Source: Anthoceros angustus
Lineage: Eukaryota; Plantae; Anthocerotophyta
Direction: 5' to 3'
Assembly: GCA_010909165.1 (NCBI GenBank)
Contig: VJWM01000258.1
Span: forward strand, 62,001 to 126,000
Length of the DNA: 64,000 nucleotides
The notes under the pieces were generated by a model. That model did no database searches and was not told where the DNA came from. It was given only the letters and a program-made list of their open reading frames with translations. Made by a program: the position numbers and the translations under genes. Positions within the stretch are counted from its first letter, which is position 1. Each line of letters opens with the position of its first letter. Shown here piece after piece: positions 49,640-62,235 of the stretch.

Positions 49640-51178
49640 ATGTCTGTGTTTCAGTGGTTGTCGGATTCCACGAGTTCCCTGTTCTCCGGTGGGGCGACTT
49701 CGGGGGGGCCCAGCCTTCAAACATCAGGAATGCTGTCAAGAGAGCAGTTGCTTCAGCTCTTTGTGGAGTTTTCTGCAGTCCTTGAGAAGCCTGGTGAGCA
49801 CTCCCCGAACCTGTACTGCAGATACGAACCTTCTTCTTCACGATGGAAGGAATTTTTGAACCTTGAATGCATGTCCATGTTTTGTTCATCTGGCCTGTTC
49901 TGATGCAATTTTGGGTGTGGAAATGCATTGGTTGGACGTGGCGTTCGCCAATCAGATTGAGATGGCAAGAGCTGTTGTGTGCTTGTTGTATTTGAGCAGA
50001 GATTAAAAGCAGGATTTCGGATGCTGTGAAAGCCAAACAGGTGCGTTTGATGGCTCCTAGTTGTTGTAACAGTCCAGCTGAAAAATCATCAAGTGGTTGA
50101 CGTGTTGCACGGAACTGCCTTAGGTAGAAGAATTCTTGCTTCCAACTGATCCAATGAGCGTAGCTGGTATCAGATCTTGTAATAGTGGGGTGTATACGTG
50201 AGCTCGTGCTTAGTAAGCTTTTCTGCAAGGGCGGGCTGAAAGGTTAGGTCAATACTATGAATAGGTGAATACTGTTCATGTGTAGCTTATGAGGCATCGC
50301 TGTCTGAACAGGAGGCAGTATCCGTCACCACTGAGATTCAAGAGGAGCTTCTTAAGAACATGGGTGTTGGTCAGTCTCCTCTATAGGCAATCCAACAACA
50401 TTCCTTTCTTCTGTCATGTGCTGACAAGTCAGACAGAGTAACACTCTTAGTTGTCATGTCACAGAACCTAAGTTTGGCATAACCTGCCTTGCCAAAGTCA
50501 ACTCTGTGTACAAGGATGATCGAGAATTAATGCTCAAATTTTATGAGTTTGTCTCCAGGTTAGCAGGCTCACATCATTCATGCTAACTAGTGTACATTGT
50601 GGCTTGAGAAAACATAACTCTTGTCATGTTTTGGAGACTGATGACGGAATGCTGTTGCTTCCACTCAGGGAAGAGATGGCATGTGATGAGGCAGAGCTAG
50701 GTCCAGAGGCCTTCCAACAAAAGATGCAACAGTTCAAGAAGATTCAGGAACAGGTGAAATAGGTGCTACCCTGAGCAGCACCTAGATTAGTAGCAATGCC
50801 ACAGAGGAAAAGTACTCAGCTAACTTGCTGCATTCATTTTTGCAGCAACTTAGAATGTTACAGCAGGTGCGAGGCCTCCCCGTGGATCAGCAGAGGAGCT
50901 TCATTCAAGGGGTATGTAGGGCTGTTCCGTCATTTCTTTGCCCCCGGATGTTTGTTCACGTTCCACTTTGAAAGAGGTTATGCTTTCTCTGAGACCAGTG
51001 AATGCTCTGTGCAGAAGAAAGATTGTGACCCATTTCTTTTCGTGGTTTGGTTTGGCAGCTGCAGTCGCAAATGCTTGAGTCGAAACATGAGGTTGGAAGT
51101 GCCGTCATGACGCCTCAACAGATTAAAGAGTTTTTTCAGCGGCAGCATCAGTCTGCCTCGGCTGCGCAAAGGAGATAG
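49640..51178 (+). CDS. Conserved plant protein of unknown function, multi-exon
   Basis: Spliced reading: LQTSGMLSREQLLQLF...EIKSRISDAVKAKQ|EAVSVTTEIQEELLKNMGV...KDDRELMLKFYEFVS|REEMACDEAELGPEAFQQKM...QLRMLQQVR...TPQQIKEFFQR*. GT-AG junctions are consistent; it resembles a family I recall from angiosperms. Confidence 0.75.
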
Positions 51179-51698
51179 ATCAGCTTGGCGTTTCCAGCCA
51201 CTTAATCACCGTAGTTGAAGGGGGGATTGGGACGGGATTCCAACTCTTCCACATCAGTTCATCCAGTGAGCCCAAAGCTTCGATACTGGGGTACCAGTTT
51301 GTACACTGTTACTTGGTTCATTTGTCTACTGGTTATCTGACGACATCTTCTTTCCAAGTCACACCCAAAGTTGTCTGGTCAAGCCTATGTGCAAGGTGAC
51401 GTCCAAAACGAACATGTCGCACATGGCTAGCGAACTGGAGGACAAGAGATCAACATCCGGTGGGTCACAAAAATCAGACAAATGCACCTTGATGAGAGAA
51501 GCAAGTGGTCAGGATGACTGCCATTCAGTGCAGTCAAGACTGGAAAAAATATCCCCGAGTGACGAATTTACATGTGATAGTCCAGCACAAGAATTTCTCC
51601 TTCCAACACAAGCCTGTAAACAATACACCTAGATACTTTCTGCTTTTAGTCCTCCTAACGTGATATCTACTAGTACACAACTAGCCCTTGCCCTCCAT

Positions 51699-52873
51699 TC
51701 AGAAACTGGTTCCAAAGGAATCGCCCCAAAAGGAAGGACTGCTTCTGTCGGGCCTGTCAGAGTTTAGCTTCTCTCCTCCAAAGCCAGACTCCCTCCTAGG
51801 GGATGGCTCAGAAATTGATGACGACGCCCTAGGTGAATATCTCAATCTCGATGAACCTGATCCACCTGAGTTGCTCCTGGTGAATGAGCCCAGCAAACGT
51901 GAACTGCTTCCATCTGGGGAAGCAGGATCAGGACTTACTGCAGTGTTGCCCAAAATAAACTTCAAGGCAATTCTACCGGCTGACACAATTTCCGTCTTGG
52001 CTTGCCTCAGCTGTTCATGGAAAAATCCCAAGAGAAGTATTAGCTCATCGTTCTGGAGGGAACGAAGACATTCTGAGAAGGGAAAAGAGGTTGCCCCCAA
52101 ACACATGGGGCAGTGAGACTGGGTAGCAAGAACGGGTGGCAAAACAAAAACAGACCTTATCCATAGTGTTAGCTGCAGCCTCCACAGCTGCATCCCCGGC
52201 TGTTGCAAATCGATTCACCCAGGCTGTAACCATCGCAGACAACAGAGGATCAGGCTCAGGAATGCCATCCCCATAAGACAGGGCATCCGGATGCGAAGTG
52301 ACGGAGAAAGACACAAGACGTCAACATCATCTACTACAAAATGAAAGCATTTACCAGGCAGCTTCTGTGCCCCAAGCCTTTCCAAAAACTCCTCGCAGAA
52401 ATGGTTACAATTCCTGGAAAGCAGATCGTACGTATACCCGGGCCATTCCCTTTTAAGGTGATTCAACACCTCCTCCACTTCATCTGCAGACAACCTGGTT
52501 GCTCCAAGAGAGAGCGTTTCCCTGTATGTATACATGGTATTCCCCTTGGGCACACAGGGGAATACCCCGGTACCGCTATCACAGTACCCGAAAGACCACT
52601 CATACTCATACACCTGCCACACAACACCACGACACGGCAGAATTAGGGCAAAACTCCCCTTCCTCGCCGCTACCCTATATCCCAGCAAATCTCACATCCC
52701 GAACCGGACATGGAACTTCCAGTCTCCCACACCTGAACGGCGCCGTGGAAAATTCCACCGAAAGCCAGCCCGTCCCGCATTAGCTTGTTCAGTTGCACTA
52801 TCGCACTGTTAGCTCTCACCGACATGCTATTCGTGACATCATACACATGCAGCAGCACCTCCGTTTCCGCCAT
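51699..52873 (-). CDS. DeSI-like / PPPDE thiol peptidase, multi-exon
   Basis: VLLHVYDVT, GGIFHGAVQVYEYEWSFG (His), YDLLSRNCNHFCEE (Cys), LPAWVNRFA. Confidence 0.9.
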
Positions 52874-54794
52874 ATCTTCAGTTCCAACCGCCTCCTTCAA
52901 ACGCGCACCGGATGGGATGTCACCCGCGATGCCCTACCCTGTCCGCGGCGCCGCAGCCTGCCACGTCTCTGCATGCGCTCTGCCGCCGATTCCCTCCGCG
53001 CGCATGGCTGCTACCTGCCATTTCCAGGCCCGGAAGCTTCCATCGCACATCACCGCATTGCCGATCTGAGGCTCAGGCTCCACACCATCACATTCCCCTG
53101 AACGGAGCCTCAACGCTGGCCCAAATATGAACACACGCTTTGCAAACTGGCCTGCTATTCAACACGGCCTAACTGCCACTCAGGAAAATTCACATAACGG
53201 CGTCCGCCAACACGGTCATATCGACACATCCGCAGCCAGGCCGATGCCGAAACGTGAGAAACAAGGTTCCAGGGGTGCACTGCTCATGGTGGCGTCCTCA
53301 TCAAGCAGCGTGAGCTTGCCTCCTGCGTTGGGCTCAGGATAGCGGTACCCTGGCCCTGGCCAAAACCAAACCTGGGATGTGGAATGTGATATGGGCTGCG
53401 GATACTGTCGCTAGGACTCTCGCTATGCACAACACACGAAGAGTGGGGTGATGCACTCGCCACCCTGAATCTCCAATCCTAGGAGCTAAGAAGCACAAAC
53501 CCCATGACAAACAACACCAGTGCTCCTCGGAGCTGGGTCGAGCAGTCAAACTAGGAGGACACGGTCACAGCAGGCCTCTCCACGTGGCTGGCGTCTCGTC
53601 GTGGAGAGCAGGTGCAATGCGGCCAGTGGGGCAGGGTTACAGTGAGTTTTGCAGCGATGGCTTGTGTGTTGGGCTTCTACAGGGCCGTTGCGTGTTACCC
53701 TGGACGGGATTTCTACGTCGTTCGAGGGGCTGATAATTACGTCATGGGTGCGGAATTACATGGCCGGTGTCGTGGATGGGGCTAGATTGGAAAGGACGCA
53801 GGCAGGCCAACATGGGGATGCTGTTGGAGCTATGGAGCACGTGCCGGGCTGGTGTGGGAGCCTTACTTAACGCGAAGGTCGTGAAGGAGGGCTTGAAGTT
53901 GTTGTCGGGTTGGTAACGGAACCGTTTGGTGGTGGATCTGTATGGAAGGAAGATTCGGGTGCTTGAAAGGTGCTCGCAGAGTGGTGACATTGGAGCCAAC
54001 CATGTGAAAGAGACTCGTTACGTACGCCAGACATGTGCTGACAAGGACTGCGTTGGTCCCACGGTCTGCTGTAGCACATGGGCCTGGATGACGGGTCCTG
54101 CTGGTGCACCAGAATTGGAGTGCGTCACACTGACCAGTAAGTGTTCCCTCCTTCTTCAAGCATGTGAGTGTCAAAGCGTTGCAGAGGGCATCGTTTTTTG
54201 TAGTCTCGGAAATTCTCGACCAAACTGCAATTTATGAGTGTCTTAGGAGGAGGAGTTGGAGGAGGGTTAATGGCGTGGGCATGCAGATTCAAGAATTGTT
54301 CACGAAACAGAGGCAGCTCAATTGCTTCATCGGTGAGCTGGGGAGAGAGAGAGTCTCGGACTGGGGATGCTGTGCACCTCCATGTTGGTGAGCAAGAAAC
54401 TGGGTTCTAGTCTTTCACTGACTGGACAGCGGGGCAGGTGAAGATGTGCTGTGGTCATGAGCAGGGAGTTCCGGAGTATATGACCCATGTTCTCTAATGA
54501 CAGGTGATTCTGTCTAGCTTGGTTGTGGGATCAAAATCCGGTGCAAGCATGGTTCCATTTTCGTAAGTCAGCACGCCTTCTGTTGAAGTCTGCAGCACTG
54601 CAAGTTGTGCTGCAAGTTGTGATGGCCTTCAGGTTGTGAACACCGAGGGGAGTGCCATTCCCCATTCCTCCCATGAACCTGCTTTAACAATAATAATAGC
54701 CTTGAATATTAGTTTTAGCATATAGATGATGATGCGATGAATCTAGTCCACTTAAGGACGGCATTTCGATGGGACCTGGTACCTAGATAACAAC

Positions 54795-54985
54795 TTGCAC
54801 CATGGGGTGCCCAAGCTACTCGTACCAGGGCACCATACCGAAGTAGCTTGGCTACCAAGTAGCTTGGGTTCACCATGGTGTGTTGAGAAAAGCCAAGTAG
54901 CTTGGGTTCGCCATGGTGAAGAAGCCAAGCAGCTTGGGTTCGCCATGGTGAAGAAGCCAAGCAGCTTGGGTTCGCCATGGTGAAA
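54795..54985. repeat. 32-bp tandem repeat GCCAAGCAGCTTGGGTTCGCCATGGTGAAGAA
   Basis: About 3 near-perfect copies plus degenerate upstream copies. Internal quasi-palindromes CCAAG..CTTGG and CCATGG. Confidence 0.85.
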
Positions 54986-55297
54986 GGCAAGAGGGGTACA
55001 AAAGCGACATATTTGGTCCATGCCATCATCATCATTAACTTGCTAGTCCTTTAGAACTCATGGATATTGCATATTCATATTATTTTATAATATATTGATA
55101 TAATAAGTATCACTTGACCGAGATCTTGTTTACATCTTTTGTATATTATTTTATTAATTTTTTAGTAATTTTTCTTACAAAAATATTCATAGTATGTATG
55201 AAATAGATTTTGGGTCCTAGTTGCATTGTAGATTACACACTAAAGTTTGTAAAGTTCGCCCTATATTGTAGATACCAACCACGACCCTTGGGGCGGG

Positions 55298-55355
55298 GAA
55301 TGTCGTGGTCCGGGATATGAACAAGGGCCCTTTCATATCCCAGACCACGACATTC
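55298..55355. other. 24-bp stem / 10-nt loop inverted repeat (one mismatch)
   Basis: GAATGTCGTGGTCCGGGATATGAA-CAAGGGCCCT-TTCATATCCCAGACCACGACATTC. Confidence 0.85.
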
Positions 55356-55387
55356 TGGGAGTAGTAGGTTTCATGATAAGCGATCGC

Positions 55388-55579
55388 GGGGGCTAGTCCC
55401 CCTTGGCTTGATGCCCTCTTGAGGGTTGTCCCTCTTTGTATTAGGGTAGATGGAATTTCTCATCTCTTTTTTACTTGAAGTTGTGGGGGCTAGTCCCCCT
55501 TGGCTTGATGCCCTCTTGAGGGTTGTCCCTCTTTATCTTGGGATAGATGGAATTTTTCATCTCTTTTTTACTTAAAGTC
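55388..55579. repeat. ~97-bp tandem duplication
   Basis: GGGGGCTAGTCCCCCTTGGCTTGATGCCCTCTTGAGGG at 55388 and 55485. Confidence 0.85.
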
Positions 55580-55919
55580 TCCACGTTCCCCTTAGAAATA
55601 CCATAAATGAGTCAACCTTCACAACAACCAGCTGATGGTAATGTGTTGACTATTTTTTCTTCGGATCAACCCTCTTCATTAAATTGTCCTTGATTCTTTT
55701 CACCAATTGAATGCTCCCTTGTGGCATGCTTTTCTTTTCTTAGGTGTCATTTGGTTGTGGAACAATTTCCTTCTTTTACGCAGTGAATTGTGGGAATCCC
55801 TCAAGCTCATTTGTACCTCACTAAGTTGTGGAATGGCGGGTCACTTGGTCATAGAAGAGTGCTTTCCACACTCTAATGTGCAATACGATATGATAATCGT
55901 AAAGCCCCACTAGCACATC

Positions 55920-56108
55920 TTGCCTTACTTACTTGCCTTGCCTTGCCTTGCCTTGCACTTGCCTTGCTTGCCTTGCCTTGCCTTGCGCCTTGCCTTGCCT
56001 TGCCTTGCCTTGCCTGCCTTGCCTTGCTTGCCTTGCCTTGCCACTTGCTTGCTTGCTTGCCTTGCCTTGCCTTGCCTTGCCCACCTTGCCTTGCCTTGCC
56101 TTGCCTTA
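55920..56108. repeat. (TGCCT)n pentanucleotide microsatellite
   Basis: Imperfect run of ~190 bp. Confidence 0.95.
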
Positions 56109-56989
56109 CTTGTAAAGAAGAATTTTTTATTATTTATTAAGAATTCTGTTCTATTCTACTAAATATATTATAGGTAAGACCAACAGCAAATCACATTCAT
56201 TTATCTTAATTGACATTACCTGCCCCTTCCCCCATCTCCTTTTGCACCAGCCATAGCCATTGCCACTACCTGCAACCGTGTTCACAACTTTGCAATTGAA
56301 GGGATCAAAAATAAAGAAGAGATTGTTAATCTTTTAAATAAATAAATCAGACTCTCTATATATGATACCTTATTATCCATACTCTTTTTAATAATACGAA
56401 AATCAAAAAGCGGGGGATGAGCGAAATCAGGGGGGAAGGTCACCAGCAAAGCACGCTCCTACCAGTTCTGCGAGCATGAGAAGTCGGTTAGAACGTAGGG
56501 TGGGAGTGGAGGGCAAGGGTTTGAGGAAAGAAGGGGGAGAACCCCGTGCTTAGCAACCTGCAGAGCATTGCACTCTGCCAACCTCCCATCTGCGGCCAGT
56601 CATGGCCATGCCCCGGCCCCATTGGAGGGGCCGCGTCCCGGCCTCCTCGCCCACAGCCATGAGGTTATCTGCATCATTGAAGGTCTCGTAACGGACTTCA
56701 CCGACTGTCAGGCCCCAATAGTACCTATCATCACTAGCATGAAGGGTCTTATAAGATATGAGATTCAAGGATTGTGGAACCCCAATAGCACTTGTGATGA
56801 GTGGCATGAAGGGTCTTGAAATGGAATTCAACGATTGTCCAACCCTAATAGCCTGTATCATATGTGGTATAAAGGGTCTTGAAGAGGGATGCCATTATTG
56901 TGGATCTCCGTCTTCGTTCGCATGTAGAAGAAGAAGAAGAATTTTATTTATGTAGGGCTAACCGCCTTGTGGGTCTTCGTGATTGGTTG

Positions 56990-57660
56990 TTTGCTGCCAG
57001 CCGCTTTCTACATTCCCCATACGTGTAGCCAGGGATTTTAGAGTATCCGCACACGGGCCTTCCAAGATGGGTTGTATTGACCTCTGCCTCTGGCCGGGAA
57101 GGTGCCTTAGCCTCTTTGAAATTGTTCACGTGTGTGTCCTCGCCCTCTGAACCTTCTGTCGGTGAGGTATGTGCTTGAGGATGCTTCCCCTGCGAAGGGG
57201 GTATTGAGGAGTTTCCTTCTGGCCTCCTCAGTCAGCATTGCATGGATGACCTTATTAACCGTGAGAGGTTTTACCCCTTGCAAGGATTGTGTTACAACTC
57301 ACCTAGGATTTTGGCAGGGTGGAGAATAAGAGGGTTGTTGAGAGGTCCTCTCTCTCCGTGGCTTGGAATTTACTTGTCCAGCTCCTAAAGTTCATGGCAT
57401 GATGATGTACCTGGTCCCCTTCGAGTTCATGGTATGATGATGTATGTGGTCCCCTTCGCTCATTCGCAGTCAGAAGAAGTTTTTAATTGTGTGCACCGTG
57501 TGCATTATGTATGTAGATGCATATATGTCGTGGAGTTGCTTCCAGGCATCAGCGGTTGAGTCTATCTCCTCGATTTGCTGTACATTGTCTTTTGGCATAT
57601 ATTGTATGATGACGTTTTTGGCTTGTTGGTTCCCACTCGTCCTTTTATTGCTGAGTGGTG
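56990..57660 (-). mobile_element. Ty1/copia gag relic (UBN2 region plus degenerate zinc knuckle)
   Basis: NQQAKNVIIQYMPKDNVQQIEEIDSTADAWKQLHDIY...KNFF*LRMSEGDHI, STLPKS, LTVNKVIHAMLTEEARR, CGYSKIPGYTYGECRK. Confidence 0.75.
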
Positions 57661-58245
57661 TTTTGGCAGGGTCTAGGTATGGGAACTGGTGGAGTGCCAA
57701 GTGAACTCGAAGCAAGAGGTGTAGTCCCTAATCATAAGCTCGAGCCAATATCTGACGACAAGGAAGATGATCTGCATCCTCCTCCCCCGCCAATATCTGA
57801 GACCAGCATCTCCAAGCGATTTGCTTCTCGGTGGTTTGGTTTTTGGTAGCTCTAGGTGCAAACTCTGGTTCCCTTGCTGATGTTTGCTCACCGATTCTTG
57901 GTTTTGCAGGATTAGGATTTTACCAAGTTCTTCTTTTTTGTTTTGTGGCTTTGGTAGTTAGCCAATAAGCCTATTTTGCAGGCTTATAAGTACATGTTTA
58001 AGTGATAAGCCTATTTTGGCGGCTTATCCAAACCCTGAAGCTTATTGCTTCAAAGACTGAGACCTTAGCCGTGACCTAATGTGGCCATGGACAGCTATTT
58101 TGCCTCACAGCGCGACAGCTGTCATGGCATGGACTGACAAGAGACTGTGTACATAATAAAGCTATAGGCTGTGTAGCTAGGATGCATGATGGATGATGCC
58201 ATGGGTGCATGACATGTGTATGTTCATGTGACCGATGTATGGCAT

Positions 58246-59113
58246 CCCTACTAGAAATGGCAGCCCATGTTACAGTCATTGTTGCAATTTTATGTTACAC
58301 TTCCAAATTGCAACAAGCTATGTAGGCTTGGTATTAAGTTTGACACTATTCCCTTCTCATTTTGTCACCATCTTAACACGAACCTGACTCTCTCTCTCAT
58401 CACCTCACCCTCCTAAGTACACCCTCTCTCTCACAAGCATTGTTTATGATTTCAAACATATACTATGCAAACTCGCTTATGTTACAGTCCTTTGTTACAA
58501 TTTCATGTAACACTTTCCATTTGGAACACTCATTAAGTTAGTTGGCTTGGTGTTAAGTTTGTGATACTCTTCTCCACCTTCTCTCACCATCTTAACAACA
58601 TGCAAGTGGTGCATTGACCTTACACCTCACCATTAAGAGCTTAGCATTAAGTTTGTTGGCTTGGTGTTAAGTTTGTGATTTTCTTCTCCACCTTCTCTCA
58701 CCATCTTAACAACCTTTGGTCTCTCCTTTCACCTCACACTCCTAGTTAATGCTCGATGACACCCATTTTATAATTTTTCCCTCTTTGTGTTGCAACATGT
58801 GTTCCCTCTCACACTATTTTATTCTTCCCTCTTGCTTTTCCTACATGACAAGAACTAGAACTCTATCTCTCTCCGTGGTTGTCATTCTCTTTCCATTTTG
58901 CCTCCTTTGCATAGCTATGCATTTATAATCTACCTTCCCTCTTCAATGCACCCTTGTGTCCACATCGGTTTTGTTTTAAGCTCCACATACACAATTGAAA
59001 ACTCTTGTTTTACGATTATGTATAGTAGGATTCTAGATTATTTATATGTCTATCTATATATATGGGCCCACTTGTTGTGTATATATATATATATATATAT
59101 TGAAATACGTATT

Positions 59114-59147
<34 letters not shown>

Positions 59148-62100
59148 CTTGTAACCTAAACATAATATTATTTACCTATGTCTAAGTTCAGGTGCGAGGC
59201 TCACTCTGCGTTCGGAGGCAAGGAGGAGGAGGGAGAGGAGGAGGAGGAAGAGGAGGAGAGGAGGAGGCAAGGAGGAAGGAGAGGGATCGAGGTAGAGGAG
59301 GAGGAGGAGGAGGAGGAGGAGGAGGAGAGGGAGGCGAGAGGAAGGAGGAGGAGGAGGCGAGAGGGAAGGAGGGGAGATTATAAGGAGGAGGGGAGATTAT
59401 AAGGAGGAGGAGGAAGATGGAAAGAAGAGGAGCAAGAGGAGGAGAGGGAAGGAAGAGGAGGGGAGATGGGAAGGAGGAGGAGGGAGAGGAAGGAGGAGGA
59501 GGCCCGTTCCATGCTGTGATTTCCAGTCTCAAATTTTCAATTGCGTAACTAGCTAGTGTGATTTGATGTTGGTGAAGGGATGGTGGCGGGCGGGATCACG
59601 TGTACACCGCAAGCGGATCTTGCTTGCGAGCATTGCAAGGTCAAGCCAAGACTTGTTCCAATCTGATTTCCTCTCAAATTTTCAATTGCGTAACTAGCTA
59701 GTGTGATTTGATGTTAGACAAGGCGATAGGCAAGGAGGAAAAGGGGAGAGGGATCGAGATAGAGGAGGAGGAGGAGGAGGAGGAGGAGGGAGAGAGGAGG
59801 AGAGGAGGAGGAGGAGGAGGAGGCAAGGAGGAGGGGGAGGGATCGAGGTAGAGGAGGAGGAGGAGGAGGAGGAGGAGGAGGAGGAGGAGGAAGGAAGAGG
59901 AGGAGGAGGAGGAGGAGGAGGAGGAGGAGGAGGAGGAGGAGGGAGAGGGATCGAGATAGAGGAGGAGGAGGAGGAGGAGGAGGAGGAGAGGAAGGAGGAG
60001 GAGGCCCGTTCCATGCTGTGATTTCAAGTAGAGACCCGTTCCATGCTGTGATTTCCAGTCTCAAATTTTCAGGTGATGCGTAACTGACTGTTGGTGAAGG
60101 GATGGTGGCGGGATCACGTGTACACCGCAAGCGGATCTTGTACTTGCGAGCATTGCAAGGTCAAGCCAAGACTGTTCCAATCTGATTTCCTCTCAAATTT
60201 TCAATTGCGTAACTAGCTAGTGTGATTTGATGTTAGAAGGCGATAGTAGCATGGCGGGTGTCTCGTGTACATGTACAATTGCAAGTAGTTGCAAGGTCGA
60301 GCCAAGACCCATTCCATCTTTGTGATTTCTACCTCAAAATTTTATTTGATGCGTAACGGACTATGATGTGAAGTTAGGGAAGGCGATGGAAGAATGGCGG
60401 GTCTCATGTACATGTATAGCTGCAAGGTGAGGCCAAGACCCATTCCATCTTTGTGATTTTCTCTACCTCAAAATTTTATTTGATGCGTAACTGTGATGTG
60501 ACATTAGAGAAGGCGATAGGCAAGGAGGAAAAGGGGAGAGGATCGAGGTAGAGGAGAGGAGGAGGAGGAGGAGAGGAGGAGGAGGAGAGGGAGAGGTAGA
60601 GGAGAAGGAGGAGGAGGAGGAGGCAAGGAGGAAAAGGGGAGGGATCGAGATAGAGGAGGAGGAGGAGGAGGAGGAGAGGCAAGGAGGAAGAGGAGGAGAG
60701 ATAGAGGAGGAGGAGGAGGAGGAGGAGGAGGAGGAGAGGAGGAGGAGGGAGAGGAGAGAGGAGGAGGAGGAGAAGGAGGAGGAGGAGGGAGGAGGAGGAG
60801 AGGAGGAGGCCCGTTCCATGCTGTGATTTCAAGTAGAGACCCGTTCCATGCTGTGATTTCCAGTCTCAATTTTTGATGCGTAACCCGATTGTGACGTTGG
60901 TGAAGGGATGGTGGCGGGATCACGTGTACCGCAAGCGGATCTTGTACTTGCGAGCATTGCAAGGTCAAGCCAAGACTGTTCCAATCTGATTTCCTCTCAA
61001 ATTTTCAATTGCGTAACTAGCTAGTGTGATTTGATGTTAGAAGGCGATAGTAGCATGGCGGGTGTCTCGTGTACATGTACAATTGCAAGTAGTTGCAAGG
61101 TCGAGCCAAGACCCATTCCATCTTTGTGATTTCCTCTCAAATTTTCAGGTGATGCGTAACTGCACTATGATGTGAAGTTAGGGAAGGCGATGGAAGAATG
61201 GCGGGTCTCATGTACATGTATAGCTGCAAGGTGAGGCCAAGACCCATTCCATCTTTGTGATTTCCTACCTCAAAATTTTATTTGATGCGTAACTGCACTA
61301 TGATGTGACATTAGAAGGCGATGCTAGTAGGGGTCTTGGGTGAATAGGAGTGACAAGGCCGATGCAGTAGGAGGGACGTGTTTGGAGGGCGGATCCGGGT
61401 CTTGTAGCACAAAGAAGGCGAGTGTCTTGTCACCGGCAAATGAGACATGTGTTGAGTGTGGGAGTGAAAACAACGCAAGGGAAGAGGTGGGTGGCGAGGA
61501 GGATAGGGTGGAGCAACCAGCAGCCATGGTCGGCGAGGGCAAAAGGCGCATGTGGACATGAGGCGGTTGTCTAGGGGAGAGAAGGAGGAGGACTTGGAGC
61601 CAAACAACCCCATGCCTAGATAGCAAACATGGGTCCGCGAGCACAAACTCGTAGGCACAAAAGGCACCGAGTGCTCAAGGACAAAAGCGGTAAGCGTATC
61701 GTGGGCGTGTACAAAGTATGTACGTTATCCGTGGACGATATGCTTATTTTATACAAAATAGAATATGACCGTATATCACGAAATTACCATATAGTATATG
61801 TTGCCATGAACAATACGTATATTTCTGAAGAATGTATTCACATGTATTTATGTATATGTGTATTCATACAGTATCGTTAGAACTACTAAGTAAAACTAGG
61901 TATTCCATAGGGTAATAGTAGTAAAAGGAGGAAGGTAGATGGGAGGAGGTTGGTACCAAGCCTCCAAAGTGTTACAAGACTTTTCTTGTAACACTTTATA
62001 TGTTGCAATCTTGTTGCAATCTTGAGAGAGGACAAAAGCACCTCTCACTTCATCTCAACATAATTGCAACACCATTGCAACATGGTTGCAACAAACGCTC

Positions 62101-62235
62101 GGTTTGGTTTCCAAGCCAAAGTGTAACAAGAGGCCCAAAAAGTGTTACATGACCCCAGAATTGCAACATAAGTGTTACATCCAGGGGTCCAAATCTTAAC
62201 ATAAAGTGTAACATGGGCTGCCATTTCTAGTAGGG
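58246..62235. mobile_element. 3,990-bp non-autonomous CACTA-like (CMC/En-Spm) element with CCCTA termini
   Basis: Perfect 29-bp TIR CCCTACTAGAAATGGCAGCCCATGTTACA (58246-58274; reverse complement at 62207-62235). 3-bp TSD CAT at 58243-58245 and 62236-62238. TGTTACA/TGTAACA/TTGCAA subterminal motifs near both ends. No transposase seen. Confidence 0.82.
59218..61325. repeat. Composite array: ~115-150 bp satellite units interleaved with three ~270-290 bp (GGA)n polypurine tracts
   Basis: GGA tracts at ~59218-59502, ~59735-60003 and ~60520-60808. Unit motifs CCRTTCC, GTGATTTC, CTCAAA(A)TTTT, TGCGTAAC, GAAGG(C/G)AT and GCCAAGAC. Block 60003-60520 recurs at 60808-61325. Confidence 0.9.

Noticed and set aside
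53650-54000. Possible PPR relic (KVVKEGL...RNRLVVDLYGR)
   Set aside because: Similarity is too short and degenerate to list as a feature.
55920-56162. Leu-Pro-Cys repeat ORFs
   Set aside because: Translations of the (TGCCT)n microsatellite.
59178-60968. Poly-Glu, poly-Pro and poly-Leu ORFs
   Set aside because: Translations of the (GGA)n tracts.
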